Positions 1 to 14,100 of a stretch of DNA of 64,000 nt are shown here, one piece after another. Positions within the stretch are counted from its first letter, which is position 1. Every line of letters starts with the position of its first letter. The DNA lies in NCBI RefSeq assembly GCF_018977255.1, contig NW_024704743.1:15998001-16062000 (forward strand), written 5' to 3'. The stretch is from Callorhinchus milii. Its lineage: Eukaryota. Below the pieces are notes generated by a model. That model saw only the letters and a program-made list of their open reading frames with translations. It was not told the DNA's origin and ran no database searches. A program made the position numbers and the translations under genes.

Positions 1-2109
1 AACCGGATGCCTAGATTGCGCACTGGTTCGGTGAGCCTGAGAAAGAGCCCAGGGAGGTTGAGGAGTTCAGATCCGAAAGAGAAACCATTTGCTGACATGA
101 AGTGGAGGTGGTTGGTTAGACATAAGCATGCCTTCAATCCCAAAAGTCAAGCTCAGGTAAGCTAACAGTGTTTCAAAAGCTGCAGTTATCTTCACAATAA
201 GTTATTTTTATAATGAACAGCAATGATAAATATTAAAGTTTCTAATTAAAAGAACATTTTCAGTTTTAAAATGTGACATCTCAAAGGGATCCTTATAGAG
301 GTATTCACAATTTTAAATGAGATTGCGCAAGTCAATCCAGACAACAATTTCGGATGCACTGAGACAGCAGAACAAGAGGACTCAGGTTTAAATTTGCAAA
401 GGGCAATTTCGGGACACACACCAGGAAGTGTTTCTTTACAAAGGGATATTAACAACTGAAACAGGATACCAGGCAGGGTGGTTGAAGCCCACAGACTTCT
501 GTAAATAATAGCTTGGTAAGATGAGATCAAGTGGGCCAAAGAGCTTTCTTCATCTGAAACTCTCTTATAATCTTGCGAGTCTAATAGGGTCTAATTTTCT
601 GTGCTTCTTTATGGGAATCCACACAAATAGGGATTCCTTCCAGTATCTGGATGTACATCAGACTGACCCACGGGAACTGATCTATTCCTGGGGCAGAGTT
701 CCTCAGATTGACAGCAATTTTAACGGCATTCCTTATTAAGGAAACCAATTAAGAAATACCACAAATTAGATCTCGATATGGGGATTCGTTTTTAAGATTG
801 TCACAGTTGAGAGTTGCTTCCAGCTAAATGGTAGAAATGTAGAATACATTAAACCAACCATGGGAGTCCTCAATTGCCTATCCTGTGAGACACAAACTGC
901 CTATATTATGAATAGCTTTTGTTCTGTTGAAAGGGGCTCTCTTTGCACCCACACAATATATACCACCTCAAAAGCATATGCAGCAGGATGGTAATTTCCT
1001 GAACAACATGAAACAAACTCTTTTCGGGTGAAACTTCAGATGTGGTTTCAGAGCAGTCATATCCCTGAGACCAGATGTGGTATGGTTGGTTGACCGCTAA
1101 AGTCATGATTGACAAAGTAACTTTCCATTTGAAAATTGTAAGTTCACATATGGGTTCAGATTTATGCAGGATATCTTACTGATTCCATACAAACTTAGAT
1201 TCCATACTTTCAAAAAATAATCATTTCATTTGATATAGCACCCTATTGCAGCAAAAAGTTCTTCACAGAGTTTTCTGTAAAGTGTGGTGAATATTTTGAA
1301 GGTGAATGCGGTAGCACAACAAAGTCCCTCAAACAGCAATGAAGAGAATAATCATTTTTTTTCTCTCTGGTCGATTGTTGCCCAGGTTATTGGGAGAAAC
1401 TCCTTTCTCTTTTCAAATAATGCCATGGGGACCTCAGATTTCCCTCTCATCTGAAGGACAGGACCTCCAAAACTGCATTGGAGTATCATCTTAGAATGAG
1501 GCTCAAAGAAAAGGGATTTTATATCAGACTTTTCTTCGACACTCTTGGCATGGAGGAGAGAAAAGGCTGTTGTCCGACTGTACACTTGAAAGAAAAGTAA
1601 GAACTTGAATCCAAACTGAATTCAACTTCAAGCCTGGATTGAGAAGTTGTTGGCAGCGCTCCCAAATCAATGAATGTTTTCACAAAGTCCAGATCAAGCG
1701 ATTGATCATTTCACCAAAGACCAACAGATTCCATTCATCAGGATATAAGGCTGTTCCGTATAATGTCCAGAATGTGGCATTATATTATGCCTAGGTACTT
1801 GAAGCCTAGTTTTTGCCATATTTAATCATAATAGACAGGAGTATGGCTCTGGGAATCCACAAATAAGTTTATGCCAATGCTCACAATTCATGCTGCATGC
1901 AAACCTTCTTTCATCCTTCACTGAAACAAACGCCTATGAACAACCAGATATCTGCAGAGGAAAACCCCCGAACCTGATCTAGAACACAAAGTATAAAAAC
2001 TTCCTTCCAGAACACCCTACCATCTTCCAATCAGTTTTTTAAAAAAATGATTATAGCATTCTGGCCTCAATCATCCTTCCATGATCTGTTGCAGTCTTTA
2101 ATTATAAGA

Positions 2110-2935
2110 TAACAACAGTAAAATTACATTTGTATAGGGCCTTTCACATCAGGAAGACATCTCAAAGCGCTGGACAATCAGTGTTTTGGATCCGAGCTGG
2201 GGGTCAGGATCGGGGAGGATGGAGGGCAGGAGGGGAAGGAGGGTGACCAAAGTCACGGTTGAAGAGGAGGGTCTTGAGATGGTTCTTGAAGGAGGCAAGG
2301 GAGGGAGGAAGAGACGGGGTGAGGCGGAGGGATTGCGGGAAGGAGTTCCAGAAGGTGGGGGCAGAGTGGCTGAAGATCCACCCGCCAATGGTGGGGTGGC
2401 GAGGTGGGGTATGTGAAGCAGGCTGGAACCCCCTGGAGGGGAGGGAGCGGGCAGGTTGGTAAGGAGTTAGCAGGTCACAGAGGTAGGGGGGAGCAAAACC
2501 ATGGAGAGCTTTGAAAGTGAGGACCAGGATCTTGATCTGTATCCTGAGTCGGGCGAGGATGGGGGTGATAGGGTTGCAAACCCTGATGCGGGAGGACATT
2601 AGCTGCAGAGTTCTAGATGATCTGCAGCCTATGGAGGGAAGAACTGGGAAGGCTGACAAGCAGGGAGTTTGAATAGTCAAGCCTGGATGTTATGAATGAG
2701 CATATGAGGGTCTCGGTGGCCTGCACGTGAGACAGTCCGGAGCCAAACAATGTTGCGGAGTTGGGGAAAGGCAGAGTGGGTCATGGCACAGATGTGGGGT
2801 ATGAAGGACAGTTGAGTGTCAAACAGGTCACCGAGGTTCCATATTGGCTCTGTGAGATGTAGAGTGCAATGCCTCCATGGAGGAAGATGCTATCAGCGCC
2901 TGAGGTATGGAGGTGCTGACAGAAGCCAAGCAGGA
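2110..2935 (-). mobile_element. Older L2 fragment
   Basis: ITPILARL...KILVLTFKALHGFAPPYLCDLL; L2 3' end. Confidence 0.85.
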
Positions 2936-4549
2936 AGATAACAGATTACCTTCTGGGTAAAGAAAAACTTCCTGGTGTCTGTCCTGAAATTGCCTCATGC
3001 AACACTATACCTAAGTCCTCTTGTTCCACTATGTTGGTGGATACTAAAATATTGTTCTGTGTTTACTTTTCCAATTCTATTTAAATTGTTTTATACCTCT
3101 TTTAGATGCCATCTAAGATTGCCCCTTTCAAGACTGGAAAGATCTAGTTTGTCTAATCATTTTTCATAGCTAATTCCTCTAACATTAGGATCATCCATGT
3201 TGCACTTCTCAAACTGTGTGATTTAGTGCAGCCACAACAGCCACCCCCCAACCCCCCCAACCACCGTGAATTGCTCCACTTTTGTATCAATACAGTAATA
3301 GTCGTGCAAAGTGATAGAACAGACTTGCGACCGCAAGTCTAGGACTTATAAATGCTCGTAACTCCTGAGGTGATTACAAATGTAGACATTCCTGGTCCTT
3401 TATTCGCGTCTACTGCAACAATCATTTCAAGTGCTGCAAGCACACTGAAGCCACCCAAAAAAATGTTTGAGAACCACTGCTCTGGGGCCTGGCAGCCCTC
3501 TTACGTATCGAGGATCAGAACAGCATGCAGTACTCTAGGTACAGCCTGACCAGAGTACTACGCAGCTTGAGTATAACTTCTGGGAATCTGAACTCAAATG
3601 ATTTGGCAAAATAGTTCAGCATTTGCTTCACACTGTTTTTACACTGTTACCTAAGAGAACAGACTATTGCATCAGTCTGATACTGAAACAGAGGGTTAGT
3701 TTGTATTGATCAAAACTAGTGTCCTAAAACCTCTCAGGAAAGTCCTAGTGGTGTGCACTGTCCCCACAGAATTCCCCACAAACTCATCCAGAACCAAGGA
3801 TAATTCAGGATTAGTAACCGTGATGTCCTGCAGTGAATATTAGACAACGGGGGCTTCTACTCCAAAAGCAGATCTTATTGGAACAGAATTTCAACAAGTT
3901 AATACGATGTTAAGAAATTCTGTTAGAAATCACCAAATATTAAACCTAATTATTGCATCAGCCAAATATTTTAAGGCAGATTGTGCCAAAAGGCATAACA
4001 GAGATTGTAAGGTTTTCACAGAGTAAAAGTCTGCCTGGTCATACCATGTTTGTGCACTTCTTGGGAGGTATAGGCTCATACTTCCTCTTGGCTTCTTGTT
4101 CAAGGCTGGTTAGTGACCGATATTTCAATCAGAGTTTACAGGGTGAACCGATCTTTTTGGTTTTTGGGAAGGGGGGTTATTTCTCTCTCCAAGTCTGTCT
4201 TCACTCTCGACTTCTCTTCCCCCAACCCTGATGGGCAAAATGCCAGGAGGTCAATAAAAAAAAATCTTACCCAATTAACCTGTTCACCCCCTTATTTTTA
4301 AAACCTTGCTCTAATGGATCAACAGAGGAAAATATTGTTGTTATCTCATAAGTTATTTTATCCTGGGTCCATGAAGGATAATAATAATCCTTGCATTTGA
4401 TATAGTGCCTTAACACTTTGTTGACACGTGTCAAAGCCCTTTACAGAAAATATTATCAAGTGAATTGACTGTATATTCTGTGGACGAAACGCGGTAGTCA
4501 ATTGCGCAGTGTTCCACAAACAGTTGTGGATTGAATAAGCCCCTTTTTC

Positions 4550-5325
4550 GTAAGGGGCTCCCACTGTCACGTCTGGCGTCCCCCAGGGCTCTGTCCTTGG
4601 CCCTCTCCTCTTTAATATCTACATGCTCCCCCTTAGTGACATCATCCACAGACATGGGGTCAACCTCCATATGTATGCGGATGACACCCAACTCTATCTT
4701 TCTGCCTCCACACCCTCAACTCCAGGACCACTGCTGTCCTGACAGACTGTCTGTCAGACATCAAGTCCTGGATGAGGGCAAATTTCCTAAAGTTGAATGT
4801 GAACAAGACTGAGGCCCTCTGATTGGTTCGCACCAGTGCCTCAGCACCTCAGGCTCTGGCAACATCAACCTCCATGGTTGCACACTACAACTCACCGCCA
4901 GTCAGGAACCTGGGTGTCTTGTTTGACCCTCAACTATCTTTTCTCCCCCACATCCAAGCCATGACCTGCTCCGCCTTCCCTCACCTTCGTAACATCGCCC
5001 GTATCCACTCTTATTCATGCCTTCATCACCTCCAGGCTCGACTATGCAAACACCCTGCTTGTCGAGAGCCTTCAGCCACTCTGCCCCCAATTTCTAGAAT
5101 TCCATCACCCGATCACTCCGCCTCACCCCCTCCTTAGCCTCCTTCAAGTCCTGCCTCAAAACCCTCCTCTTCAACCATGCCATTGGTCACCCCCCTTCCC
5201 CTCCCCCCTTCTCCCGCCCTGACCCCAGCTTGGGTCTGAAATACTGTACACTGTCCAGCGCCTTGGCACGTCCTCCCGACATGAAAGGCGCTATACAAAT
5301 GTAATCTTGTTGTCGTTGTTGTTGA
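4550..5325 (+). mobile_element. Older L2 fragment with internal deletion
   Basis: [21 protein letters not shown] DNA, VRNLGVLFDPQLSF; TTG-like tail. Confidence 0.85.
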
Positions 5326-8177
5326 TAATGGCACAAAGCACTTTACTTTTGGGTTAGTTCTACTTTCTAGTTAAGGCAAGCAACACATTAAAATCCTTAC
5401 AAATATCTGAATTGTCAACTGCTTGATGACATATAAATTTTGTAATTTAATGGAGAAAACAGCCAATGCTTTTGGATCTAACATTAATATATCTTAATTG
5501 AAATTGATAAAATAATAATCCTTGCATTTGATACAGTGCTTCATCATGTCGTTGAGACGTCTCAAAGCAGGATACACTGAATACACTGAAAATGGATTGA
5601 CTGTGTATTTTATGGGCAAAATTATTGGGGAAACTGTTCTGATGTAGCCGTTCTCCCATATTTTACATCCTCCCACATTTGAACAAATCCTCCAAGCTCA
5701 TTCCCTTGATCAGTGTTGACTGCCTTACAACTTAAAACAAAATAAACTCAAGGCAATTAAGGGTAATGGAAAGACAAAAGAAACATGATTCTTATTAAAT
5801 ATTGACTTTTAAAATGGACATGGAAGACAAAGATCCCACAAAACGGTAAATAAACGTTTTAAGTTTTGCTCCAACGTGAAGTAGTTAAGTACTGACTGTA
5901 TAATGTCTGCAGATCAAAGAACACAGATCATTCACTCCTGACTGGGAACCAGCTGTGCAGGAAACTGTGGTATGTTTTGTTTTATACCACACGAGTGGAC
6001 TCTGGAGAATGGAATTATTTTTCATAATTGCACACTGACATGAATGCCAACCTACCAGCACCATTTACCATCTCTGCCTGCTGCTCCCAACTGAAACAGG
6101 CAGTGTAATTTAATTTCTCAACAATGATCAACAGCAATCAGAACATAAACAACGCTCTATTTCTAACTTAATAATAATCCTCGCATTTGATATAGTGCCT
6201 TTTATGTCGGGAAGACATCTCAAAGCACTTCACAGGACTTACTGTAAAGTGTAGTGTCTGTATTTTGTAGGAGAATGCGGCAGTCGATTTGCACACAGCA
6301 ATGTCCCAACAACAGCTCTGAAATAAATGACCAATTTTATCTGGGGCATTGTTGGCCAGGATATCGAAAGAAATTCCCTTCCAAAGTTCCAAAGCTTTGG
6401 CATGTAGTGGCTAAAAGCACGGCCACCAATGACAGAGCGGAAAGGATGAGGGACAAGCAGGAGGGTAGAGCCAGCCAAGCAGAGGCAGTGGGTAGTGGAG
6501 TGGGGAGAGAGCTCAGAAAGGTAGAGTTGTGCCAGGGAGTGAAGGAATTTGGCAGGACAAGTGAGAGGCTCTTGAAATCAAATTAAATACTAAACAAAGC
6601 ACTGCTCAAGTTACTATTACCAGAACAGAATACCGAACATGGACTCTGCGAGAAACTCAAAATGTTATTCGCTCCTCTAAAAAGAAAGTACTGATAGTTT
6701 TACTTTGCATGTCAATCTGCACGATACTGGATGACAAAAGTGGAAAACAAAAACAAACTCCATCAGCTGCTGTGCTTTCAACCACTTTTCCCCAAAGCTT
6801 TGGAATTCTCTTTTAGATCATAACTGAAGACCTTCCTCTTCACCTCCTGCCTCCCACCGGCTTGGGGTTGGCCTCCGTCATTGTTAAGCATGTCCAAGAC
6901 GCTGCCCCTCGTGAAGAACGCTATATAAATGCAACTTGTTGTTGTTATTTACCATAGGCCTATTTATAGCGTCCATAGTACATATAACAGAATATTGTTT
7001 ACAAAAGTTTATAAAAACAAAAATAATGTTGTGACTGGCAAATCAAATCAGCACTTCAAAGCAAAAGATAGGTCAATATTTTATACACAACTCTGCACCA
7101 GAATTGAAAAGTAAAGTTCCACTCACTAGCATTGATACCCCTCACCCAGATTAACCACTGTGATCGCCAAGTCTGTTGAAAATCAAGCCATGGGATTCGA
7201 GAATCTGGTTTGTCACGGGAAGCTGGAAACAGAATCCACCGAGTTCAAAAGCAAACTTCAATTCAGGAAAAAGGTAATAATGAGATGATTGGATTTACAA
7301 CTATTCCAAGTTGAGATCGGTCAAGAAGATCATTCTCAGACACTCCTCTCACAGATGCAACTTTGCATTTTCCTTGGTATCCCAGGTTTACTGTGATAAT
7401 TCTGTTACTTGTTTTCTGCAGTAATGGTGAACCAGACATCAGTCTGCAAAGTTGGAAACAGCACTATCCTTCCTATCCAGTCTGGTGTCTCAACATCCTT
7501 CTCTTGGATGACCCCAAGATCCTGAAGTTTTTTTTATAGACTCAACGGGATTAATTTGTAAATTACAATATTTGACACAGAGGTTTCCATGGCTATTCAC
7601 ATGGGAAATAGTCAAGGCAATCTTGCAAGCTCAGACTAACAGCATTTCTCTTAGTGAAAGGGAAAACTGTTTTGCCTGCAGGAATAGCTATAGAAAATAG
7701 GCAGAATGTTACATAAAAGAGAAGCGGGGTATAGAGTACATAAGAAAATCTATTGCCCCCTAAATCCTTCCACTTTTTGGAAAAAAACTTATCTTCCAGC
7801 CTTCAGGAGGTTTCCATAGGTAAGACAGTTTGATACACACCTCAAATTTTATGGAGAATAGCAATTTTCCCAATCAATTAAACAAGCTTCAAATATACAG
7901 CTCCCAGTCATCAGTGAGTGAGCCAAATCAACCACTTTTTTGAGGTTAGCCAAATGTCTGACATATAAGAGTGTCCAAACAAGAGTTCCACATATGCATA
8001 TGATCTACACATGGAAATGTTTCTGTATCTGGAATGGAATGCAGTTTCTCCCTGGAAAAACATACCCTACTTACCTAATTGGTAAGTATGAGGTGCAATC
8101 GGCATTAGGTGCACTAGGCTTGGTCCCCTAGTTCCTGGGCCATGTGGATTGCAATACTCCAAGCCACTAGTAATGAT

Positions 8178-11146
8178 CTAGGCCAACAGAAAAGTGGGGA
8201 AATATTTGCCAAAAATTGTGGGCAAATTTGGCAAATTTGCGAGGAGTTGATTGGTGCTGTTGGGGTACATTTTACTGCCAACCTACATTTTTTCATTTTA
8301 TTGATAAAAACTAAACATGAGGAAGTAACACATTAGACTGTTGCAATTTTTTAAAAAAATGTCTTCTTTGACAAAAACTGGGTGGCCCATTTGCGGGGGT
8401 GGGGTCACCAGCGCAGACCCAAAGGGCCTGGAGATCTGCCAAAAAAGACATTCAAGACTTGTGTCCTGATTGCGGGGGTACAGGAGCTCACCACCTCCTG
8501 CTTCTCAGGGCTGGGCACCACGCACAGACACAGAGACCCAGACAGAGAGGGAGACACACACGCTCACAGACAGAGAGAGACACACACGCTCATAGACACA
8601 AAGAGAGAGAGAGAGAGAGACACACACTCAGACACAAACACAGAGAGACACACACAGACACACTCACACAGACACTCACAAACACAGAGAGGCAAACACA
8701 GACACACTCACACAAACACCCACAAACACAGAGAGGCACACACAGACACACTCACACAAACACCCACAAACACGTGCAGAGAAAGACACACAAACACACT
8801 CACACAGAGGAGAAAGACTCGCTCACATTGAGACACTCTCACACACAGAAAGACACACAGACACACTCACACACACTCAAAAACACATAGAGACATGCTC
8901 ACGCAGAGACTCTCTCAAACACAGAGACACAGACACTCTCAAACACACAGAGACACACAGACACTCTCAAACACACAGAGACACACAGACACTCTCAAAC
9001 ACAGAGACACACAGACACTCTCAAACACAGAGAGACACACAGACACTCTCAAACACAGAGACACACAGACACTCTCAAGCACACAGAGAGACACACAGAC
9101 ACTCTCAAACACACAGAGAGACACACAGACACTCTCAAACACACAGAGAGACACACAGACACTCTCAAACACAGAGACACACACAGACACTCTAACACAC
9201 AGAGAGACACACAGACACTCTCAAACACAGAGACACACACAGACACTCTCAAACACAGAGACACACAGACACTCTAACACACAGAGAGACACACAGACAC
9301 TCTCAAACACAGAGAGACACACAGACACTCTCAAAACAGAGACACACACAGACACTCTAACACACAGAGAGACACACAGACACTCTCAAACACAGAGACA
9401 CACACAGACACTCTCAAACACAGAGACACACAGACACTCTAACACACAGAGAGACACACAGACACTCTAACACACATAGACACACAGACACTCTCAAACA
9501 CAGAGACACACAGACATTCTCAAACACAGAGACACACACAGACACTCTAACACACAGAGAGACACAAAGACACTCTCAAACACACAGAGACACACAGACA
9601 CTCTAACACACATAGACACACAGACACTCTCAAACACAGAGACACACAGACACTCTCAAACACAGAGAGACACACAGACACTCTCAAACACAGAGACACA
9701 CAGACACTCTCAAGCACACAGAGAGACACACAGACACTCTCAAACACACAGAGAGACACACAGACACTCTCAAACACACAGAGAGACACACAGACACTCT
9801 CAAACACAGAGACACACACAGACACTCTAACACACAGAGAGACACACAGACACTCTCAAACACAGAGACACACACAGACACTCTCAAACACAGAGACACA
9901 CAGACACTCTAACACACAGAGAGACACACAGACACTCTCAAACACAGAGAGACACACAGACACTCTCAAACACAGAGACACACACAGACACTCTAACACA
10001 CAGAGAGACACACAGACACTCTCAAACACAGAGACACACACAGACACTCTCAAACACAGAGACACACAGACACTCTAACACACAGAGAGACACACAGACA
10101 CTCTAACACACATAGACACACAGACACTCTCAAACACAGAGACACACAGACATTCTCAAACACAGAGACACACACAGACACTCTAACACACAGAGAGACA
10201 CAAAGACACTCTAACACACATAGAGACACACAGACACTCTAACACACATAGACACACAGACACTCTCAAACACAGAGACACACAGACACTCTCAAACACA
10301 GAGACACACACAGACACTCTAACACACAGAGAGACACACAGACACTCTAACACACATAGACACACAGACACTCTCAAACACAGAGACACACAGACACTCT
10401 CAAACACAGAGACACACACAGACACTCTAACACACAGAGAGACACACAGACACTCTAACACACATAGACACACATACACTCTCAAACAGAGACACACAGA
10501 CACTCTCAAAAACAGAGACACACACAGACACTCTAACACACAGAGACACACAGACACTATCAAACACACAGAGACACACACAGACACTCTCAAACACAGA
10601 GACACACAGACACTCTAACACACAGAGAGACACACAGACACTCTCAAACACAGAGACACACAGACACTCTCAAACACAGAGACACACACAGACACTCTAA
10701 CACACAGAGACACACAGACACTCTCAAACACAGAGACACACACAGACACTCTCAAACACAGAGACACACAAACACTCTCAAACACAGAGACACACACAGA
10801 CACTCTCAAACACAGAGACACACACAGACACTCTAACACACAGAGACACACAGACACTATCAAACACACAGAGACACATAGACACTCTCAAACACACAGA
10901 GACACACAGACAATTACAACAGGGGAGCCTCCGTGTAAAGCAAAGCCCATTTACTGCTTGTGCCACACCGCACATACACATCTGGAACCATCCCATCCAG
11001 AGTTGCGTCAGATAAACAGCGCAAGAGGCCCCGGGTCACAAACTTCATTTTTTAGCGAGTTTATGTGTAGGAGGATTTTAAAGCGGATTCCACCGTTTAT
11101 AGCGGATTCACTGAAAAATTGTGGCCCCACTTTTCTATTGGCTCAG
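8178..11146. mobile_element. Non-autonomous DNA transposon (TIR, 8-bp TSD, possibly hAT) carrying an expanded minisatellite
   Basis: Left end ctaggccaacagaaaagtgggg, right end ccccacttttctattggctcag; flanks gtaatgat (8170-8177) and gtaatgac (11147-11154); it interrupts a copy of another repeat. Confidence 0.75.
8521..10912. repeat. CA/GA-rich compound minisatellite (~26-30-bp units)
   Basis: Units such as cacagagacacacagacactctcaaa; ~635-bp higher-order duplication (ORF coordinates offset by 635, e.g. 9049 vs 9684). Confidence 0.97.
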
Positions 11147-14100
11147 GTAATGACACAATAACCAACCTGCCTTGTCGGCAGACATGGAAGAGCAGACCAA
11201 TCATTAGGAGCAGGGATTCTTCCCACTGGCTCCTGTTAACTTTGCAAGCTAAAGCCCTAATGGGTAAAATTGCCCTAGGTGGACCAGCAGCGGGAAGCTT
11301 GCCAAACAGTTCTCTCAGTGGGAAGCTATGTAGTTTTATATGGTTAAACTCCAACAGCACTCCAGCGCACATTCGGTGGTCCCTGGACTTTGGCTTTTGC
11401 AAACCTGTGCCTAATGCTTTATGAAATTAGGGAAGCGAGATCCATTCCTTCGTGGAAAGCGTGCACACTCCATTCCAGACCCAGGGAAATTTCTATGCAT
11501 AGTTGAATATGTGGAAATCTCAGTCTGGGTTGGCTCATCTTAAACATGGTGATGGGTTTCCGCATGTATTACATACCCGGCTCACAAAAAAAATGTGTGC
11601 CTAAGCTGCGGACAGGAAGATGGTGGCAATGCTATGACACATTTCATGTTGAGCTGTGTGGCCCACTGGGAAACTCACAGGGAGTTCCTGGAACCTAACA
11701 TACACCAAGTGAGAGCTGAAACCCACAAGTGGATCCGCATTATTCCAAGGCATTGCTGATTATAGCACAGTCGGTCTGGATCATCGTTGGGACTTGGAAG
11801 GGCAGACCAGTCACTGGGGGCAGGGAATCATCCCACTCAGCTCCTGTTAATCCTGCAAGCCAAAGCCCCAATGGGTAGGGTGGCCCTATCTGCACAAGCA
11901 GCGGGAAAGCATGACGGACAGTGCTATCAATGGTAACCTATGTGGTTTCAGCTGGTAAAACTCCAGCAGTACCCTAATGCACACTCCAGGGTCTCCAAGC
12001 TTTGGCTCTTGCCAACCTGCATCTAATTCTTTCTGGAAATAGGTAAGTAGGATGTGTCCCTCCTGGGAGAGAGTGCACATTGCATTCCAACAATCTATCT
12101 TTGGGATTTCCATGTGTAAATGGGATGCATGGAAATCTCAGTTTGATTTGGATACTCTGAAGCATGGTGATTGGTTTATGCATGTGGCGGCCACTCGGGT
12201 GACCCAAACAAAAGCTCTGAGAACACTTGCTCGTCTCAGAACTATAATAAATTCACTGCAAAATATGTCACTGTTTGAAGACCTTTGAGACATGATAAGC
12301 TGCCATATCAAATTCAAGTACAGGAAATCCCACTGTAACACCTCCCCCGCCATAGCCGCTGACAAGAACCAGCGTATGGTTTGTGAAACATCTGTTCTTG
12401 TTAAAAGTTACTTCCAGCTGCACTGTTTATACCTCCCAATATACAACAAAAAAATGCCTACAGTGGGCAGTTAAGCATTCACTAGGAGTCATGAACCATT
12501 AGTGATGTTAACATCTTTAACTTTTCACCACTTTATCATCACTATGATCTGTGGAAAGCCAGAGCCAGCTGAGCTATGCTAAGGTGAGTAAATGAGTGGG
12601 GTGTAAGCAGGTTGGAGAGGTAGGATGGTGCTAGGTTATGAAGTGATTTGTACACCACTGTAAGGATCTTGAAGTCAATCCTTTCTGCAATAGGGAGCCA
12701 GGATAACATCTCCGAGTACTTCACAATGACAGGGTCAGATATCAAGCAAGAGAGAAAGGAAAGGAGGGCAATGACAATAAGTGCAAAAGATTAGTTGAAG
12801 AGATAGCTTTTCGGTAGTATTTAAAGACAGATATAGGGGGGACAGGGGACGATATAGAAAGATAGAAAGGAGTTCTAGAGGTTATGGACATAATAGCTGA
12901 AGGCGAGGCCACCAATGTTTCCATCCTAATAAGTCACTGCATTTGTTTCAAAAAAAGCAATTTTTGGCAAAACTCTGAATCAAGGTTCGTTAAGCTCCAG
13001 GTCTGAATTTCTGGACTAATAACTGATAATATTGAAACCAATGCATATCATTAATGATCATAAAATAATTTCAGAATGTGTTAAAACACAGCAAAAAAAC
13101 CCAAAGCTTCTAGTAGCCATTTCTCAAAGGTGTTTTAGCACCTCATGTTAGCTGCGTAGAATTATGACAGTTTACAACTACTATTCAGAATCAGAAGAAA
13201 ATGTTAAATTAAAACCCTACAGCAGAAAGCACAGCACTACAAAGGTGAGTTAGCAACAGATCGATGTGTAATATAATAGTGTTCCCGGGTATAGTGTGAT
13301 CTACAAGGTTCCTGCTCGTGCATATACTGTATTGTAATATTGGGATTTTATAAGAGGATTCTTTCCAATCTCAGCTGATGAAACTGAATACTTGTGTGGA
13401 CTTCAGCAGCAGCAGACTAAGGAAACAATGTATCCAGTGATGTGAACTGATTTAGTTAGTTGCTTTGCGGTTACTAAAGCAACAAACTGCATTTTCTGGA
13501 GTTTGGCATATTCTTTAATTGCTTCTCAAACTTAACTTGGTTCCCACAATACACATTATTGTGTAACAGCAGCACTCAGGCTGCTGCATATTGCTTCTTT
13601 TGGCCCTTGACTATGATCATCAGCAAGAGAGGGTGACCCTTTACTTAAGTACCTGAGCATTCATTAAGAAAGTTATTCTAACTTTCCAGACACTCTAAAA
13701 ATTAATAAAGAAGGGTAATAAAGTCTGGTGATGTGCCAACAACACTTTTATTTGCCTGACACAGAGATTGATTCAGCTCTCAATAACACCATTTATCTGC
13801 TCTAGGAGAATTTCCCCCCGCAAGATTTGACTCACCTCTTCAACCTGGATGTGATTGCAGCCGAGAATAATGGGATAAAACTCGCTCCCTCTTCAAGAGG
13901 TCCTCAATAAAATAGGTTCAGAAATGGTCAACCAAGTTCCACAGTGCAATTCCGTCCACAATTCACCACATACTTACACTAAATTTGCAATCTCTCTCAG
14001 AGATTATACGTATTATTGAAACTTTCACATTTAGGAAGTGCAAGGTTTATTTGGGTTAAAGCACATTGTTAGAATAGAGAATTGGAAGGTTTACCTTGCC

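Noticed and set aside
906..1115. Peptide SQGYDCSETTSEVS as a possible SUGCT exon
   Set aside because: Only a trivial resemblance; no GQTGP motif and no convincing splice sites.
7146..7222. Exon-like segment (tttccag ... gtgagg) on the minus strand
   Set aside because: No frame resembles a CoA-transferase; such site pairs arise by chance.
8382..10996. Many ORFs rich in T/H/Q/R or V/C/S/L
   Set aside because: Translations of the CA/GA minisatellite.
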